Assembly (NCBI GenBank): GCA_049303835.1
Contig: JBAQNN010000002.1
Coordinates: 94,492 to 158,491 of the forward strand
Length of the DNA stretch: 64,000 nucleotides
From: Minisyncoccia bacterium
Lineage (GTDB): Bacteria; Patescibacteriota; Minisyncoccia; Phycocordibacterales; UBA9973
Direction: 5' to 3'
This document shows, piece by piece, positions 46,342 to 55,079 of the stretch. Within the stretch, counting starts at the first letter, position 1, and each line of letters opens with the position of its first letter. A program made the position numbers and the translations under genes. Under the pieces are notes generated by a model, which had not been told where the DNA came from, did no database searches, and saw only the letters and a list, made by a program, of their open reading frames with translations.

Positions 46342-48669
46342 CTACTCTTTAATTTTTAATTGGTCTAATTTTCCAATCTCCGCTGCTTTTTGTAATGCCC
46401 GCGCCATATACTCTCCGTTTGTTTCAGCCCTGAGGTGGAGAGAGGCCAAACCTCTTGGTTTGATGCCCGTGATTGTGGCGAGTTTATTAAGATAAATTAA
46501 TTTAGGATCGGAATCTTCACCTATCTTACCAAAATGAACCCAGTTTTTAGCCTTTAAATTACTGAAGCTTTCCCATTCGTCTCTGTCTTTAAATATATGT
46601 TCTACGTTGTGTCCGTGAACTTTCAAAGCCCGAACCAAAGTTTCTCCATCTAGATGAAAAGGGTTGTTTGCAAACTCTGGATGATGATTCAAAAAGTCAT
46701 TCTCGTCTGGAGAAAGTCCTGGGAAGTAGTACTGTGGGCCACCCATATTCATACCAGGGAATCTAGAATCATAATAATAATTTGTTCCACCTGGTCCGCG
46801 TCCTGGTTCTACCGCTCCTCCGACGCCTATCCTTGTGCCTGTCCTGATTGTGTTGTTTGGTGTGCTCATTTTTTCTAGTACTTTTGCCCTGGTGGCTTCA
46901 ACGTCAGTATGCGTATCTACACGAGATACTTCTACTTTTTCTGGAAAATTTTCCGTTTCAAATTTGTGTACTGGAGGGTAGGCTTTGTCTCCCAAGTGAA
47001 AAGATTCTGGCGTTTCAGAGTATGGGTTTCCTTTAATATTAAAAGGTGAACTTGTGGTCTCGGGATGAGAAGCTGAAGCTACTGTCTCAACTGTGGGTGA
47101 CTTCGGATGTTTATATTCGTATTTTTCTGTGTCTTCCTCAAATTGTGACCCAGAACCATGTTCTTCTACCAGTCCACTTCCGACTTTTAGTTCATCAACT
47201 TTTAATTCTCCATTTTCTAATTTAAGCTGATATGCCACTTCATTTGCCGGCCTTACCCATATCTCTTCACCCGTAACCTTATCTACGTAACCATGTTCTA
47301 AGGCGACTCTGTGCGCTGCTCCACCAGAAAATTCGTACAAAGCTTTTGTGTCATTCACATCTCCTTTAAAACCTAGGCTCTTTGCGAGCTCTGTATTTTC
47401 CACTATTTGTCTTCTAAACGCGTGTTCTATTCCTTCCCCTTTTTGTATAATTGCTGTCTCGTCTGGTTTGATAGTTTCTGTTGCGCCAGTCGTGGCGGAT
47501 TCAGTCTTTATGCTTTCCGGTGTTTCGGTGTCAATTTCTGTTTTTAGATGTCCGGGCTTTGTTTCAGGAGTATCCAAGTGACCAGCGGAGGGATGTAATA
47601 TTTGACCCATTCCATAACCTGTTCCTATTGATGCCGCTCCGCCGACTACCATACTAGCCATAGCTTTTCCTATTAATCTGTTTCTTTTGCTTTTTTGTTC
47701 CTTCTCTAATATGTCAGCGTAAGTTTTTTTAACTTCAGATAAATTTCCTTCTCCAAAGAACTCTGCCAGCTTTTGTTTTGCGAGTTCTCTTTCTTCTTCT
47801 GATTTGTCTTTAAAAATTAAATCATAAAGTTTTGCTGTTCCTTGTCCGGCACCTAGCCCGACGAACGTACGTGTTGTTTTTATACCTAAATAAGCAAGAC
47901 TTCCTCCAGCTGCGGCTACTGAGCTAGGTAAAACTGTAAAAGCAAATCCCGCTGATAATGCGAAAGACATAGCAATTTTTGTGGGTCTTTTTTGCACCAT
48001 ATACCAATCCAAAAGTTTTTTTGCTAGATTTTTTTCTTTTGGTGGCAGATTTTCTGCTTTTAAAGCATTTAGTTTTGTTTGCTCATCAATTATAACTTTA
48101 GTGAAAATTTCATTTTTTGTCTTTTTTGCTGAGAACATTGCGTTTCCGTATTCTACTGTAGCTTTTTCGTATTCTTTTTCTAACTCTTTTAACTCCGGAG
48201 GAATTTCAGAGTCTTCTATTTTCGCTCCGAAAATAAATCTTTTAGCACGAGTAAATTTTTCAGCTCCGGCCAAAAACTTCTTGTATTCTTCCGCATATTT
48301 TGCTCTAGCATCATCTAGTCTTTTTTCTACATCTAATATTGGGGTGGGTGCTACTTCTGTTGGGGTAATTTTTAAACCTTCTTTTTTCTCCCGGATTGTA
48401 TCTTTTAAGACGCTTATTTTATTATCAACAGTTTCTTTTGCGGAGGAGAAAACTTCAGTTAGATCAGAAAAAGACTCAAATTTTGATGATTGGACGTTCA
48501 TTTCTTCCACTATTTTTTTTACCTCTTCCGTACCGGCACCTCTGGTCAAAGCCTCATTCATTTGATCTAAAACATATAGGTAGTGTCTCGTTACGTCATC
48601 AAACTCAATCAGCCTTTTAATAAGTAAGTCCTTATCTTCCCCGACCCCCGCACTTGTTTCTTGTTTCAT
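46342..48669 (-). CDS. hypothetical 775-aa protein with central TM hairpin(s)
   Basis: Coiled-coil N-half, two Gly/Ala-rich TM segments (MSFALSAGFAFTV..., ASMVVGGAASIGTGYGMG), long acidic C-half. No family recognised. Confidence 0.4.
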   Translation of the reverse strand: MKQETSAGVGEDKDLLIKRLIEFDDVTRHYLYVLDQMNEALTRGAGTEEVKKIVEEMNVQSSKFESFSDLTEVFSSAKETVDNKISVLKDTIREKKEGLKITPTEVAPTPILDVEKRLDDARAKYAEEYKKFLAGAEKFTRAKRFIFGAKIEDSEIPPELKELEKEYEKATVEYGNAMFSAKKTKNEIFTKVIIDEQTKLNALKAENLPPKEKNLAKKLLDWYMVQKRPTKIAMSFALSAGFAFTVLPSSVAAAGGSLAYLGIKTTRTFVGLGAGQGTAKLYDLIFKDKSEEERELAKQKLAEFFGEGNLSEVKKTYADILEKEQKSKRNRLIGKAMASMVVGGAASIGTGYGMGQILHPSAGHLDTPETKPGHLKTEIDTETPESIKTESATTGATETIKPDETAIIQKGEGIEHAFRRQIVENTELAKSLGFKGDVNDTKALYEFSGGAAHRVALEHGYVDKVTGEEIWVRPANEVAYQLKLENGELKVDELKVGSGLVEEHGSGSQFEEDTEKYEYKHPKSPTVETVASASHPETTSSPFNIKGNPYSETPESFHLGDKAYPPVHKFETENFPEKVEVSRVDTHTDVEATRAKVLEKMSTPNNTIRTGTRIGVGGAVEPGRGPGGTNYYYDSRFPGMNMGGPQYYFPGLSPDENDFLNHHPEFANNPFHLDGETLVRALKVHGHNVEHIFKDRDEWESFSNLKAKNWVHFGKIGEDSDPKLIYLNKLATITGIKPRGLASLHLRAETNGEYMARALQKAAEIGKLDQLKIKE

Positions 48670-48776
48670 ATGTCTTCATATTATATGACTTTTAATTTTT
48701 TTAGACCAATTTTTACTCAAAAAGCTACCAAAATTATTCAGTTTAGTAGCTTTTTTGTCAAATTTTAACCCCCAAA

Positions 48777-48788
48777 TAGTTATCCACA
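48777..48788 (+). promoter_or_regulatory. DnaA-box-like 12-mer TAGTTATCCACA in divergent intergenic region
   Basis: Exact copy of the 18586 and 53001 12-mers. Confidence 0.4.
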
Positions 48789-49043
48789 GACCCCCCTTGT
48801 CGGATTGACTTTTGACCCTTTTTGAGCTATTCTATATCTCGTAGTCCTGGAGAGAAGTTGGGCGCGAACTGGCTGTAAGACAGAAGAGATTGTAACCATC
48901 GTGAGAACCTTTGTTTACAGAACCTATTGGTCGTCCTGTAATTCTACCCTTATTCTAAAAGGCTAGAAAAGGAAATCTCGCGAAATTTAGTTTGTTTTAT
49001 AAAACCTACAAAAAAAACAGTTAGTAAAATATTAAGGTCTATC

Positions 49044-50159
49044 TTGACGTCCTCCCTGCTATTTGGGGCCCTTTTTGTGCCTACTCGGGGGGTAGAGGCT
49101 GGAATCCTTTCCTCCCTCTCTTCTATGTTTGTGGGGGATCCAGTGTATGCACAATCTGATCCAAATATAATAAAGCCACCCCAGCCAGGCAGTAATTCTC
49201 AGAATATTGCTCTCTTGCAAGCCAACGTCTCTTCTGCCTCTGTTTTGGAAGATAAAAGTATTAATAAAGATGAGGTTTTAGATATGATAACAATAGACAC
49301 CACAAACAGTATTATTTCTGATAATGCTCTTTTGCCATCTCTGGCCGGCTTTGTCGGGGCTGATGGCATGGATGCAAATACAGATGTTTCTTTTGAAGAT
49401 ATCAGTGTTTATGTAGTAAGAAAGGGTGATTCCTTGTCCCAAATAGCTGATATGTTTGAAGTTTCTGTAAATACCATACTTTGGGCCAATGATATGAAAA
49501 AAGGCGATAAATTAGTAGAGGGAGACACACTTTTTATATTACCCGTCTCTGGACTAAAACATGTTGTAACTAAAGGACAAACCCTGAAGAGTATCGCCCA
49601 GAAATACAATGCGGATATTGGGGATATAGTCAGTTTCAATGGAATTACAGAGGATACTAAATTGGTAATTGGAGATGAATTGATCATTCCAGGCGGAGAA
49701 ATGTCTGTGGATGGGCCAGTCAAAACGACCACCGCGAAAGGTGTTGTGGCTACTGCCAAGACTTCACTGAAGAGTATTGCAGGGTACTTTATAAATCCGG
49801 TTCTAGGGGCCATCAAAACCCAAGGACTACACGGCAAAAATGCTGTTGACCTGGCTGCTCCGATAGGTACGCCGATACGTGCGGCAGCTTCCGGGACAGT
49901 TCTTCTTGCTCGTATGGGATGGAATGGAGCTTACGGAAACATGGTCATCATTCAACACCCAAATGGTACTAAAACTCTTTACAGTCATTTATCCAAGATT
50001 GCAAGCACGACAGGACAAAGTGTTTCTCAGGGAGACACTATCGGCTATGTCGGGAATTCAGGAAGAGTCAGAGCGGCCAAAGGAGGAAATGGTGCGCACT
50101 TGCACTTTGAAGTTTATAACGCCAAAAATCCCGGGGCTGATCGCTCCTGGAAGCAATAA
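49044..50159 (+). CDS. secreted peptidoglycan hydrolase: 2x LysM + M23 (LytM) peptidase domain
   Basis: LysM (VVRKGDSLSQIADMF...; VVTKGQTLKSIAQKY...), M23 motifs (HGKNAVDLAAPIGTPIRAAASG, GNSG...HLHFEV). TTG start at 49044 gives a signal-like N-terminus; the in-frame ATG at 49125 is the alternative. Confidence 0.8.
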   Translation: MTSSLLFGALFVPTRGVEAGILSSLSSMFVGDPVYAQSDPNIIKPPQPGSNSQNIALLQANVSSASVLEDKSINKDEVLDMITIDTTNSIISDNALLPSLAGFVGADGMDANTDVSFEDISVYVVRKGDSLSQIADMFEVSVNTILWANDMKKGDKLVEGDTLFILPVSGLKHVVTKGQTLKSIAQKYNADIGDIVSFNGITEDTKLVIGDELIIPGGEMSVDGPVKTTTAKGVVATAKTSLKSIAGYFINPVLGAIKTQGLHGKNAVDLAAPIGTPIRAAASGTVLLARMGWNGAYGNMVIIQHPNGTKTLYSHLSKIASTTGQSVSQGDTIGYVGNSGRVRAAKGGNGAHLHFEVYNAKNPGADRSWKQ

Positions 50160-50166
50160 AAGATTT

Positions 50167-50919
50167 TTATTCTAAATACAAAAGCGCAGTCATTGCGAGA
50201 ACTCCGATGATGACAGCTACTATCTGCAAAGCTGAATGCTCTGCTTTTTTTGTTTTATGAAGTTCTGGAATCAAATCTGCCACAGCTACATAGATAAATC
50301 CACCGGCGGCAATTGGCAGAATCCACAAACTGAAAGCCTCTCCTGCTTCTCCTAAAACAAAAGCCAAAATCATTCCCAAGATGGCGCAAAGTCCAGAAAG
50401 AAAATTAAGAAAGAGTGCACGTGATTTGGTGTAGCCAGAATGAAGCAACACAGCAAAGTCCCCTATCTCTTGCGGAATCTCGTGCAAGATCACTGCAATG
50501 GTAGTAGCTATACCCACTGGTACGCTTACAAGGAAACTAATTCCAATGATGATGCCGTCTATAAAATTGTGAACCCCGTCAGAAAAAAGAATGAGCTTTC
50601 CTACCGGATGAATTTCTTCCGTATCTTCGCCGTGGTGGTGCCAGTGGAGAAATTTTTCCAAGATAAAAAATATTAAGACCCCGACGATTACGAGGATACT
50701 CACGTGGGTGGCGTTGGCGATATGTTCAAAGGCTTCCGGAATGAGATGAATAAAAGCATCTCCTAGAAGTGCGCCGACGGCCAGGGAAATAAAAACAAAA
50801 ATATATTTTCGCAAGAGATCTTCTCTGATTGAAAGTGCAAAAACTCCAATCAAGGAAATTAAGCTCACTATCACCACACTGACAAAAGAATAAATGTATG
50901 TGCTTATCATGCTATTCAT
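50167..50919 (-). CDS. zupT: ZIP-family divalent metal transporter (ZupT-like)
   Basis: 8 TM; HEIPQEIGDFAVLLHSG and HNFIDG ZIP signature helices. Confidence 0.8.
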   Translation of the reverse strand: MNSMISTYIYSFVSVVIVSLISLIGVFALSIREDLLRKYIFVFISLAVGALLGDAFIHLIPEAFEHIANATHVSILVIVGVLIFFILEKFLHWHHHGEDTEEIHPVGKLILFSDGVHNFIDGIIIGISFLVSVPVGIATTIAVILHEIPQEIGDFAVLLHSGYTKSRALFLNFLSGLCAILGMILAFVLGEAGEAFSLWILPIAAGGFIYVAVADLIPELHKTKKAEHSALQIVAVIIGVLAMTALLYLE

Positions 50920-50940
50920 CGTATATTAAATAAAAATAGT

Positions 50941-51002
50941 TTGCAAAAAAATTAAGAGAAATTAGAAAGGGGCGGGGTGTCGATTTCTCGACTCCCCGCC
51001 CC
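50941..51002 (-). terminator. GC-rich rho-independent terminator (GGGGCGGGG ... CCCCGCCCC followed by T-rich tract on the minus strand)
   Basis: 9-bp G/C stem with 16-nt loop directly after the small high-GC ORF stop. Confidence 0.6.
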
Positions 51003-51026
51003 GATGGGTGGCTGTGGCGTGTCAGA

Positions 51027-51188
51027 TCAGAAGAGCTTCTTGACGATCTCCCTGAAGCTCTCCAGGTTGGAGAGCGCGAGAAGGGTCGCGACGACGATGG
51101 TGAGCACCCCGAGCGAGATGCCCAGCATGGTCTTGGTGGGGTTTCGCTTCGGTGAAGGGTTGTCTTCATCCAGTCCGAGCATGGTCAT
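51027..51188 (-). CDS. small hydrophobic peptide (53 aa) in a high-GC cassette; type I toxin-like / foreign-origin ORF
   Basis: MTMLGLDEDNPSPKRNPTKTMLGISLGVLTIVVATLLALSNLESFREIVKKLF; about 59% GC by hand count against a roughly 35% background. Perfect AAGGAG SD 6 nt upstream, TTGACA -35, own terminator. Not in the ORF track (<60 aa). Confidence 0.35.
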   Translation of the reverse strand: MTMLGLDEDNPSPKRNPTKTMLGISLGVLTIVVATLLALSNLESFREIVKKLF

Positions 51189-51252
51189 GTTTTTCTCCTT
51201 TCCGAATTTGATACTACAATAAAGACGCCTTTTGTCAAGGATAGATTTTTTG

Positions 51253-51323
51253 TGCGGGATGGGAGAATCGAACTCCCAACCTCAGTTTGGAAAACTGACG
51301 TTTTACCATTAAACTAATCCCGC
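51253..51323 (-). tRNA. tRNA-Gly (anticodon TCC), no encoded CCA
   Basis: Acceptor GCGGGAT/ATCCCGC, D arm GTTT-AATGGTA-AAAC, anticodon loop TTTCCAA, T arm GGGAG-TTCGATT-CTCCC. Confidence 0.85.
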
Positions 51324-51377
51324 ATCTGTCTTCTAACTATATCTTTTATTTTATATTTTTTCAACCAAACTTCAGTA

Positions 51378-52307
51378 TTATTTATTTACTATAAATTCCA
51401 CCAGAACGAAAATCAGCCAGAAAATAAATAGTAGATATCCTTCTTTTTTTGAAATGGTACGGCCCGAGCGCATAAACCGAAACAAAATAAAAGAAGCTAC
51501 CACCATAAATATTCCGGTTACATAAATTATTTTTTGAGGAAAGAAAAATGGTCTTACCAATGCGAGGATTCCGACGACGATAGTCGCGTCCGCCAATACT
51601 GTTCCTAGCAAGTCCCCGACTGCCAGAGAATCATCATTTTTACGTAGAGACTTTAAAGAAAAGAAAAATTCCGGCATAGTGGTTCCCAGTCCTACGATAA
51701 ACATTCCTACTAGTATCGGACTTATTCCCAAATAATAAGCGAGAGAGGATGCCGAAGATACTGTAAAATGAGAACCAATCAACAAGATAGACATGCTAAA
51801 TATTAGCATTAATGAATTTTTACGGTAATTATTTGTTTTGTCTGAAGGAGTCTCTCCGTCAATTCCATTTTTTAAAGCTAAATAGTAAAATATTCCTCCA
51901 GTAATGATGAGCGTCAGGCCCTCAATGCGGGAAAAATATCCGTCTAAACCCAATATGAGTGGCAACAAAAGTAAAAATGGATAGACATTGTAATTTTTGA
52001 GAATTTTACTTTCAATTTTTAATCCCCTTCCGGTTAGTAAAATTAATAGAGCAAAAATCAAAGTTAGGTCCGCCACATTTGAACCAAAAAGTACGCCGAG
52101 ACCGAAAGACGGTATTCCTTCTAGTGCAGAATTTATGGCTATAAAAGTCTCAGGTAGAATTGAGATGATAGCGATGATGATAAACCCTACCGTGTATTTA
52201 GAGAGTCTAAAACTCTCTGCTAATTGTGCAGCGTACCTGGTAGCCATAGTCGCACCTTTTATAACCATAAAAAGGGCTACCGTGAAAATAAAGATATTGT
52301 TAAGCAT
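51378..52307 (-). CDS. CaCA-family Na+/Ca2+ antiporter (YrbG-like)
   Basis: Two alpha-repeat motifs (GSNVADLTLI..., GDLLGTVLADATIV). Start set at internal ATG 52307 because the longer ORF would overlap tRNA-Pro. Confidence 0.7.
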   Translation of the reverse strand: MLNNIFIFTVALFMVIKGATMATRYAAQLAESFRLSKYTVGFIIIAIISILPETFIAINSALEGIPSFGLGVLFGSNVADLTLIFALLILLTGRGLKIESKILKNYNVYPFLLLLPLILGLDGYFSRIEGLTLIITGGIFYYLALKNGIDGETPSDKTNNYRKNSLMLIFSMSILLIGSHFTVSSASSLAYYLGISPILVGMFIVGLGTTMPEFFFSLKSLRKNDDSLAVGDLLGTVLADATIVVGILALVRPFFFPQKIIYVTGIFMVVASFILFRFMRSGRTISKKEGYLLFIFWLIFVLVEFIVNK

Positions 52308-52336
52308 AAAATTGTGCGTATTGATCCTCTCTTCGT

Positions 52337-52407
52337 TCGGGCCGCTGGGAATTGAACCCAGTCTAAATGCTCCCAAAGCACTTGTACTACCGGTATACTA
52401 CGGCCCG
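52337..52407 (-). tRNA. tRNA-Pro (anticodon TGG), no encoded CCA
   Basis: Acceptor CGGGCCG/CGGCCCG, D arm GTAT-ACCGGTA-GTAC, anticodon loop TTTGGGA, T arm CTGGG-TTCAATT-CCCAG. Confidence 0.8.
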
Positions 52408-52433
52408 GATTACTTAAAAACTAAATGAGTATA

Positions 52434-52862
52434 TCATAAAATGATGTCGCTGACCACCTTTACTCTGGCTTTTTTATTTTTTAAATCCAGATATACAACC
52501 AGGAGATCCACTTGCCACTCTTTACCTTCGGAGATTTTTTCGGACAAAAGATATGTTTGAATTGTCCGTGACATTCGTTTTAGTTTCCAGGGATGCATAT
52601 TATCTTCTGGTCTGTAGTTGTTGTCTGTTGTTACATGTGAAACATTGTCTAGCGTTACACGGGAAACACTCTTTACTTCTATAAAATACAGCCTGTTATT
52701 TTTTTCAGCTATTATGTCTATCTCCCCCCATTTTTTAGTATAATTTCTTTCCAATATTGAAAAACCGTGTTTCACGAGAAACTTTTCAGCTATGTTTTCC
52801 CCAATTTCTCCTATCTTTTGGGTTTCTGATGTAAATTTTTTAGGCATTTTAATAAGTTTCAT
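52434..52862 (-). CDS. yraN: YraN-family (UPF0102) endonuclease-like protein
   Basis: GEIGENIAEKFLVKHGFSILERNYTKKWGEIDIIA...YFIEVKS matches UPF0102. GTG at 52871 or ATG at 52862 as start. Confidence 0.7.
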   Translation of the reverse strand: MKLIKMPKKFTSETQKIGEIGENIAEKFLVKHGFSILERNYTKKWGEIDIIAEKNNRLYFIEVKSVSRVTLDNVSHVTTDNNYRPEDNMHPWKLKRMSRTIQTYLLSEKISEGKEWQVDLLVVYLDLKNKKARVKVVSDIIL

Positions 52863-53000
52863 GTGTAACACGTTTCACGTGAAACACTTTACTAAATTTT
52901 AGTGTCTTTTATCATAAAACCCTTACTTTTCAACGTATTTTTGATAAAAATGATCCCAAAAGACAGTTTTGAAATGTGTCCTTTATAAACATTACTAACA

Positions 53001-53012
53001 TAGTTATCCACA
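53001..53012 (+). promoter_or_regulatory. DnaA-box-like 12-mer TAGTTATCCACA between yraN promoter region and tRNA-Gly
   Basis: Exact 12-mer. Confidence 0.4.
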
Positions 53013-53075
53013 TTTCGCAGTCTTTTTGAGTAATATCCTTTATCTGATGAGGTTTTTGATAAAGGACAAAATTTG

Positions 53076-53146
53076 TGCGGCCAGAGAGAATCGAACTCTC
53101 GTCTCATCCTTGGCAAGGACGTGTTCTACCACTAAACCATGACCGC
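53076..53146 (-). tRNA. tRNA-Gly (anticodon GCC), no encoded CCA
   Basis: Acceptor GCGGTCA/TGGCCGC (one G-U), D arm GTTT-AGTGGTA-GAAC, anticodon loop TTGCCAA, T arm GAGAG-TTCGATT-CTCTC. Confidence 0.85.
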
Positions 53147-53302
53147 TCTTTGTTTGTGAACAAGAACCAGGGATTAAAAATACTGTTTGATTATAATATT
53201 TTATTGATACTAAAGCAATTACAAAAATAGCTTGAAAAATAAGCACTATTTGCCAATATTTTCTGAATAGTGTAAAATAACAGTGTATTATTAGATAATT
53301 CT

Positions 53303-53374
53303 GCACCCGTAGTGAAATGGATATCACAACAGTCTTCGGAACTGTCGTTGGGGGTTCGAGTCCCTCCGGGTGCA
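53303..53374 (+). tRNA. tRNA-Arg (anticodon TCG), no encoded CCA
   Basis: Acceptor GCACCCG/CGGGTGC, D arm GTGA-AATGGATA-TCAC, anticodon stem ACAGT/ACTGT with loop CTTCGGA, T arm GGGGG-TTCGAGT-CCCTC. Confidence 0.75.
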
Positions 53375-53450
53375 CAAAGTGCGGGGTACTTTGTGCAAGG
53401 CGGAGCGCGACGGCGCGAGCCAGGGTCGTGCAAATTTTCAGTAGAAAATT

Positions 53451-55079
53451 ATGCCTGACCACAATAATGTTATGGAACAAGATCTAAAAAATTTAATACA
53501 AAAAATACCCAAGGAGGTTTCACATGTAACAAGTACACTAGAAGAAGCTGGTTTTGAAGTGTACCTAGTCGGCGGCTGTGTTCGCGATTTACTGATGAGC
53601 AGAGAGCCCAAAGATTGGGATGTCACTACCAATGCCAAACCGGATCAGATTATTGGTCTTTTTGAGAAAACTATTTACGAAAACACCTTTGGAACCGTAG
53701 GAGTAGTTGTTCCACGCCTGTCCGCCAAAGCCTTGGCGTCGGAGGATGAAACAACAGAAAAAGAGGTTTCACATGAAACTATGATTATTGAGGTCACTCC
53801 ATACAGAATTGAGGCAAAATATAGTGATTTTAGGCATCCAGATGAAGTAAAATTTAGTCAAAAACTAGAAGATGATCTAAAAAGACGCGATTTTGGTGTT
53901 AACGCGATGGCCCTAAGTCCTAAAGGACATCTGGTTGATTTGTTTGATGGTCTAAAGGACATCAAAGATAAGATACTTAAGGCTGTCGGAAACCCAGATG
54001 ACCGATTTGAAGAGGATGCTCTCAGAATGTTGAGAGCTGTCCGTTTTGCTTGTCAACTTGATTTTTCTGTGTCGTATGAAACAACGGAAAGTATTTTGAA
54101 AAATGCGGAATTAATAAAAAAAATTTCTGCCGAAAGAATTCGTGATGAGTTTGTAAAAATGGTTATGTCGCCGAATTCTGCGAGTGGAATGGTGATGTTG
54201 CAAAAATTTAATTTGTTAAAAAATATAATTCCGGAATTAGAAGAGGGGATAGGGTGCGAACAATCGGGCGAACACATATACGATGTTTGGAATCATTTAC
54301 TGGCCGCCCTTCAGCATGCTTCAGACAAGAATTGGCCTTTAGAAATAAGGCTTTCTGCACTTTTTCATGATATCGGGAAACCTCGTTCTAGACGAAGCAT
54401 AACTTCACCTGATGCTTTTGCTCAGTCGCTCGGTCCCTCGTTTCACTCAGCCACTCCTTCACAAAAGCATACAGGTTCAGTTTCTAAATCTAAGAAAAAA
54501 TTTACTTTTTATGGTCATGAAGTTGTCGGCGCACGGATGACAAAAAAAATAATGGAACGGTTAAAATTTTCAAACAAAGAAATTGAAGCTGTGGAAAAAC
54601 TCGTACGCAACCACATGTTCTTCTCGGACACGGAATTGATCACCCTCTCGGCGGTGCGAAGAATCATCACCAAGGTTGGGAAAGAAAACATCTGGTCTCT
54701 AATGGACGTCCGTGAGTGTGACAGGGTCGGGATGAAGAAAAAAGAAGCGCCATATCGCCTGCGGAAGTACTTTGCGATGATAGAAGAGGCACTGAGGGAC
54801 CCAATATCTGTAAGCCAATTAAAGATAAACGGCGAATTTATGCAAAAAGAGCTCGGAATTGTTCCTGGTCCCAGAATGGGGTGGATTTTGAGTGCTCTTC
54901 TAGAGGAAGTCTTAGACGCTCCGGAGAAAAATACTGTGGAACATCTCTCGGAATTAGTGAAATCTCTGAATATGCTAGGAGATGCTGAACTCAAAACTCT
55001 TGGTCTTCGTGGAAAAGAAAAAAAAGAAGAGCTTGAAGAAGAAGAAGTTGCCAAACTTCATAAAAAACACGGAGTCTAA
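53451..55079 (+). CDS. cca: CCA-adding tRNA nucleotidyltransferase with C-terminal HD domain (contains ~35-aa insertion and Lys/Glu-rich tail)
   Basis: Pol-beta-like NTase head (VYLVGGCVRDLLM...DWDV), RDF motif, HD domain (LFHDIGKP...GHEVVGA). Confidence 0.8.
   Translation: MPDHNNVMEQDLKNLIQKIPKEVSHVTSTLEEAGFEVYLVGGCVRDLLMSREPKDWDVTTNAKPDQIIGLFEKTIYENTFGTVGVVVPRLSAKALASEDETTEKEVSHETMIIEVTPYRIEAKYSDFRHPDEVKFSQKLEDDLKRRDFGVNAMALSPKGHLVDLFDGLKDIKDKILKAVGNPDDRFEEDALRMLRAVRFACQLDFSVSYETTESILKNAELIKKISAERIRDEFVKMVMSPNSASGMVMLQKFNLLKNIIPELEEGIGCEQSGEHIYDVWNHLLAALQHASDKNWPLEIRLSALFHDIGKPRSRRSITSPDAFAQSLGPSFHSATPSQKHTGSVSKSKKKFTFYGHEVVGARMTKKIMERLKFSNKEIEAVEKLVRNHMFFSDTELITLSAVRRIITKVGKENIWSLMDVRECDRVGMKKKEAPYRLRKYFAMIEEALRDPISVSQLKINGEFMQKELGIVPGPRMGWILSALLEEVLDAPEKNTVEHLSELVKSLNMLGDAELKTLGLRGKEKKEELEEEEVAKLHKKHGV

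Noticed and set aside
48840-48960. c-di-AMP (ydaO-type) riboswitch upstream of the LysM-M23 hydrolase
   Set aside because: The characteristic conserved GGGG/CCCG blocks and pseudo-twofold symmetry are not apparent in the sequence.
50912-51222. Track ORFs 50912..51169 (-) and 50977..51222 (+) in the GC-rich patch
   Set aside because: Low-complexity Ser/Arg/Pro translations typical of out-of-frame reading of GC-rich DNA. The 51027..51188 frame has a perfect SD, promoter and terminator and a sensible hydrophobic peptide.
51378-52376. Longer version of the CaCA antiporter ORF starting at 52376
   Set aside because: Its first 23 codons overlap tRNA-Pro (52337-52407); the internal ATG at 52307 is used instead.
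52892-53638. Track ORFs 52892..53116, 53040..53480, 53191..53433, 53438..53638
   Set aside because: They overlap tRNA-Gly(GCC), tRNA-Arg and their AT-rich promoter region; no protein features.
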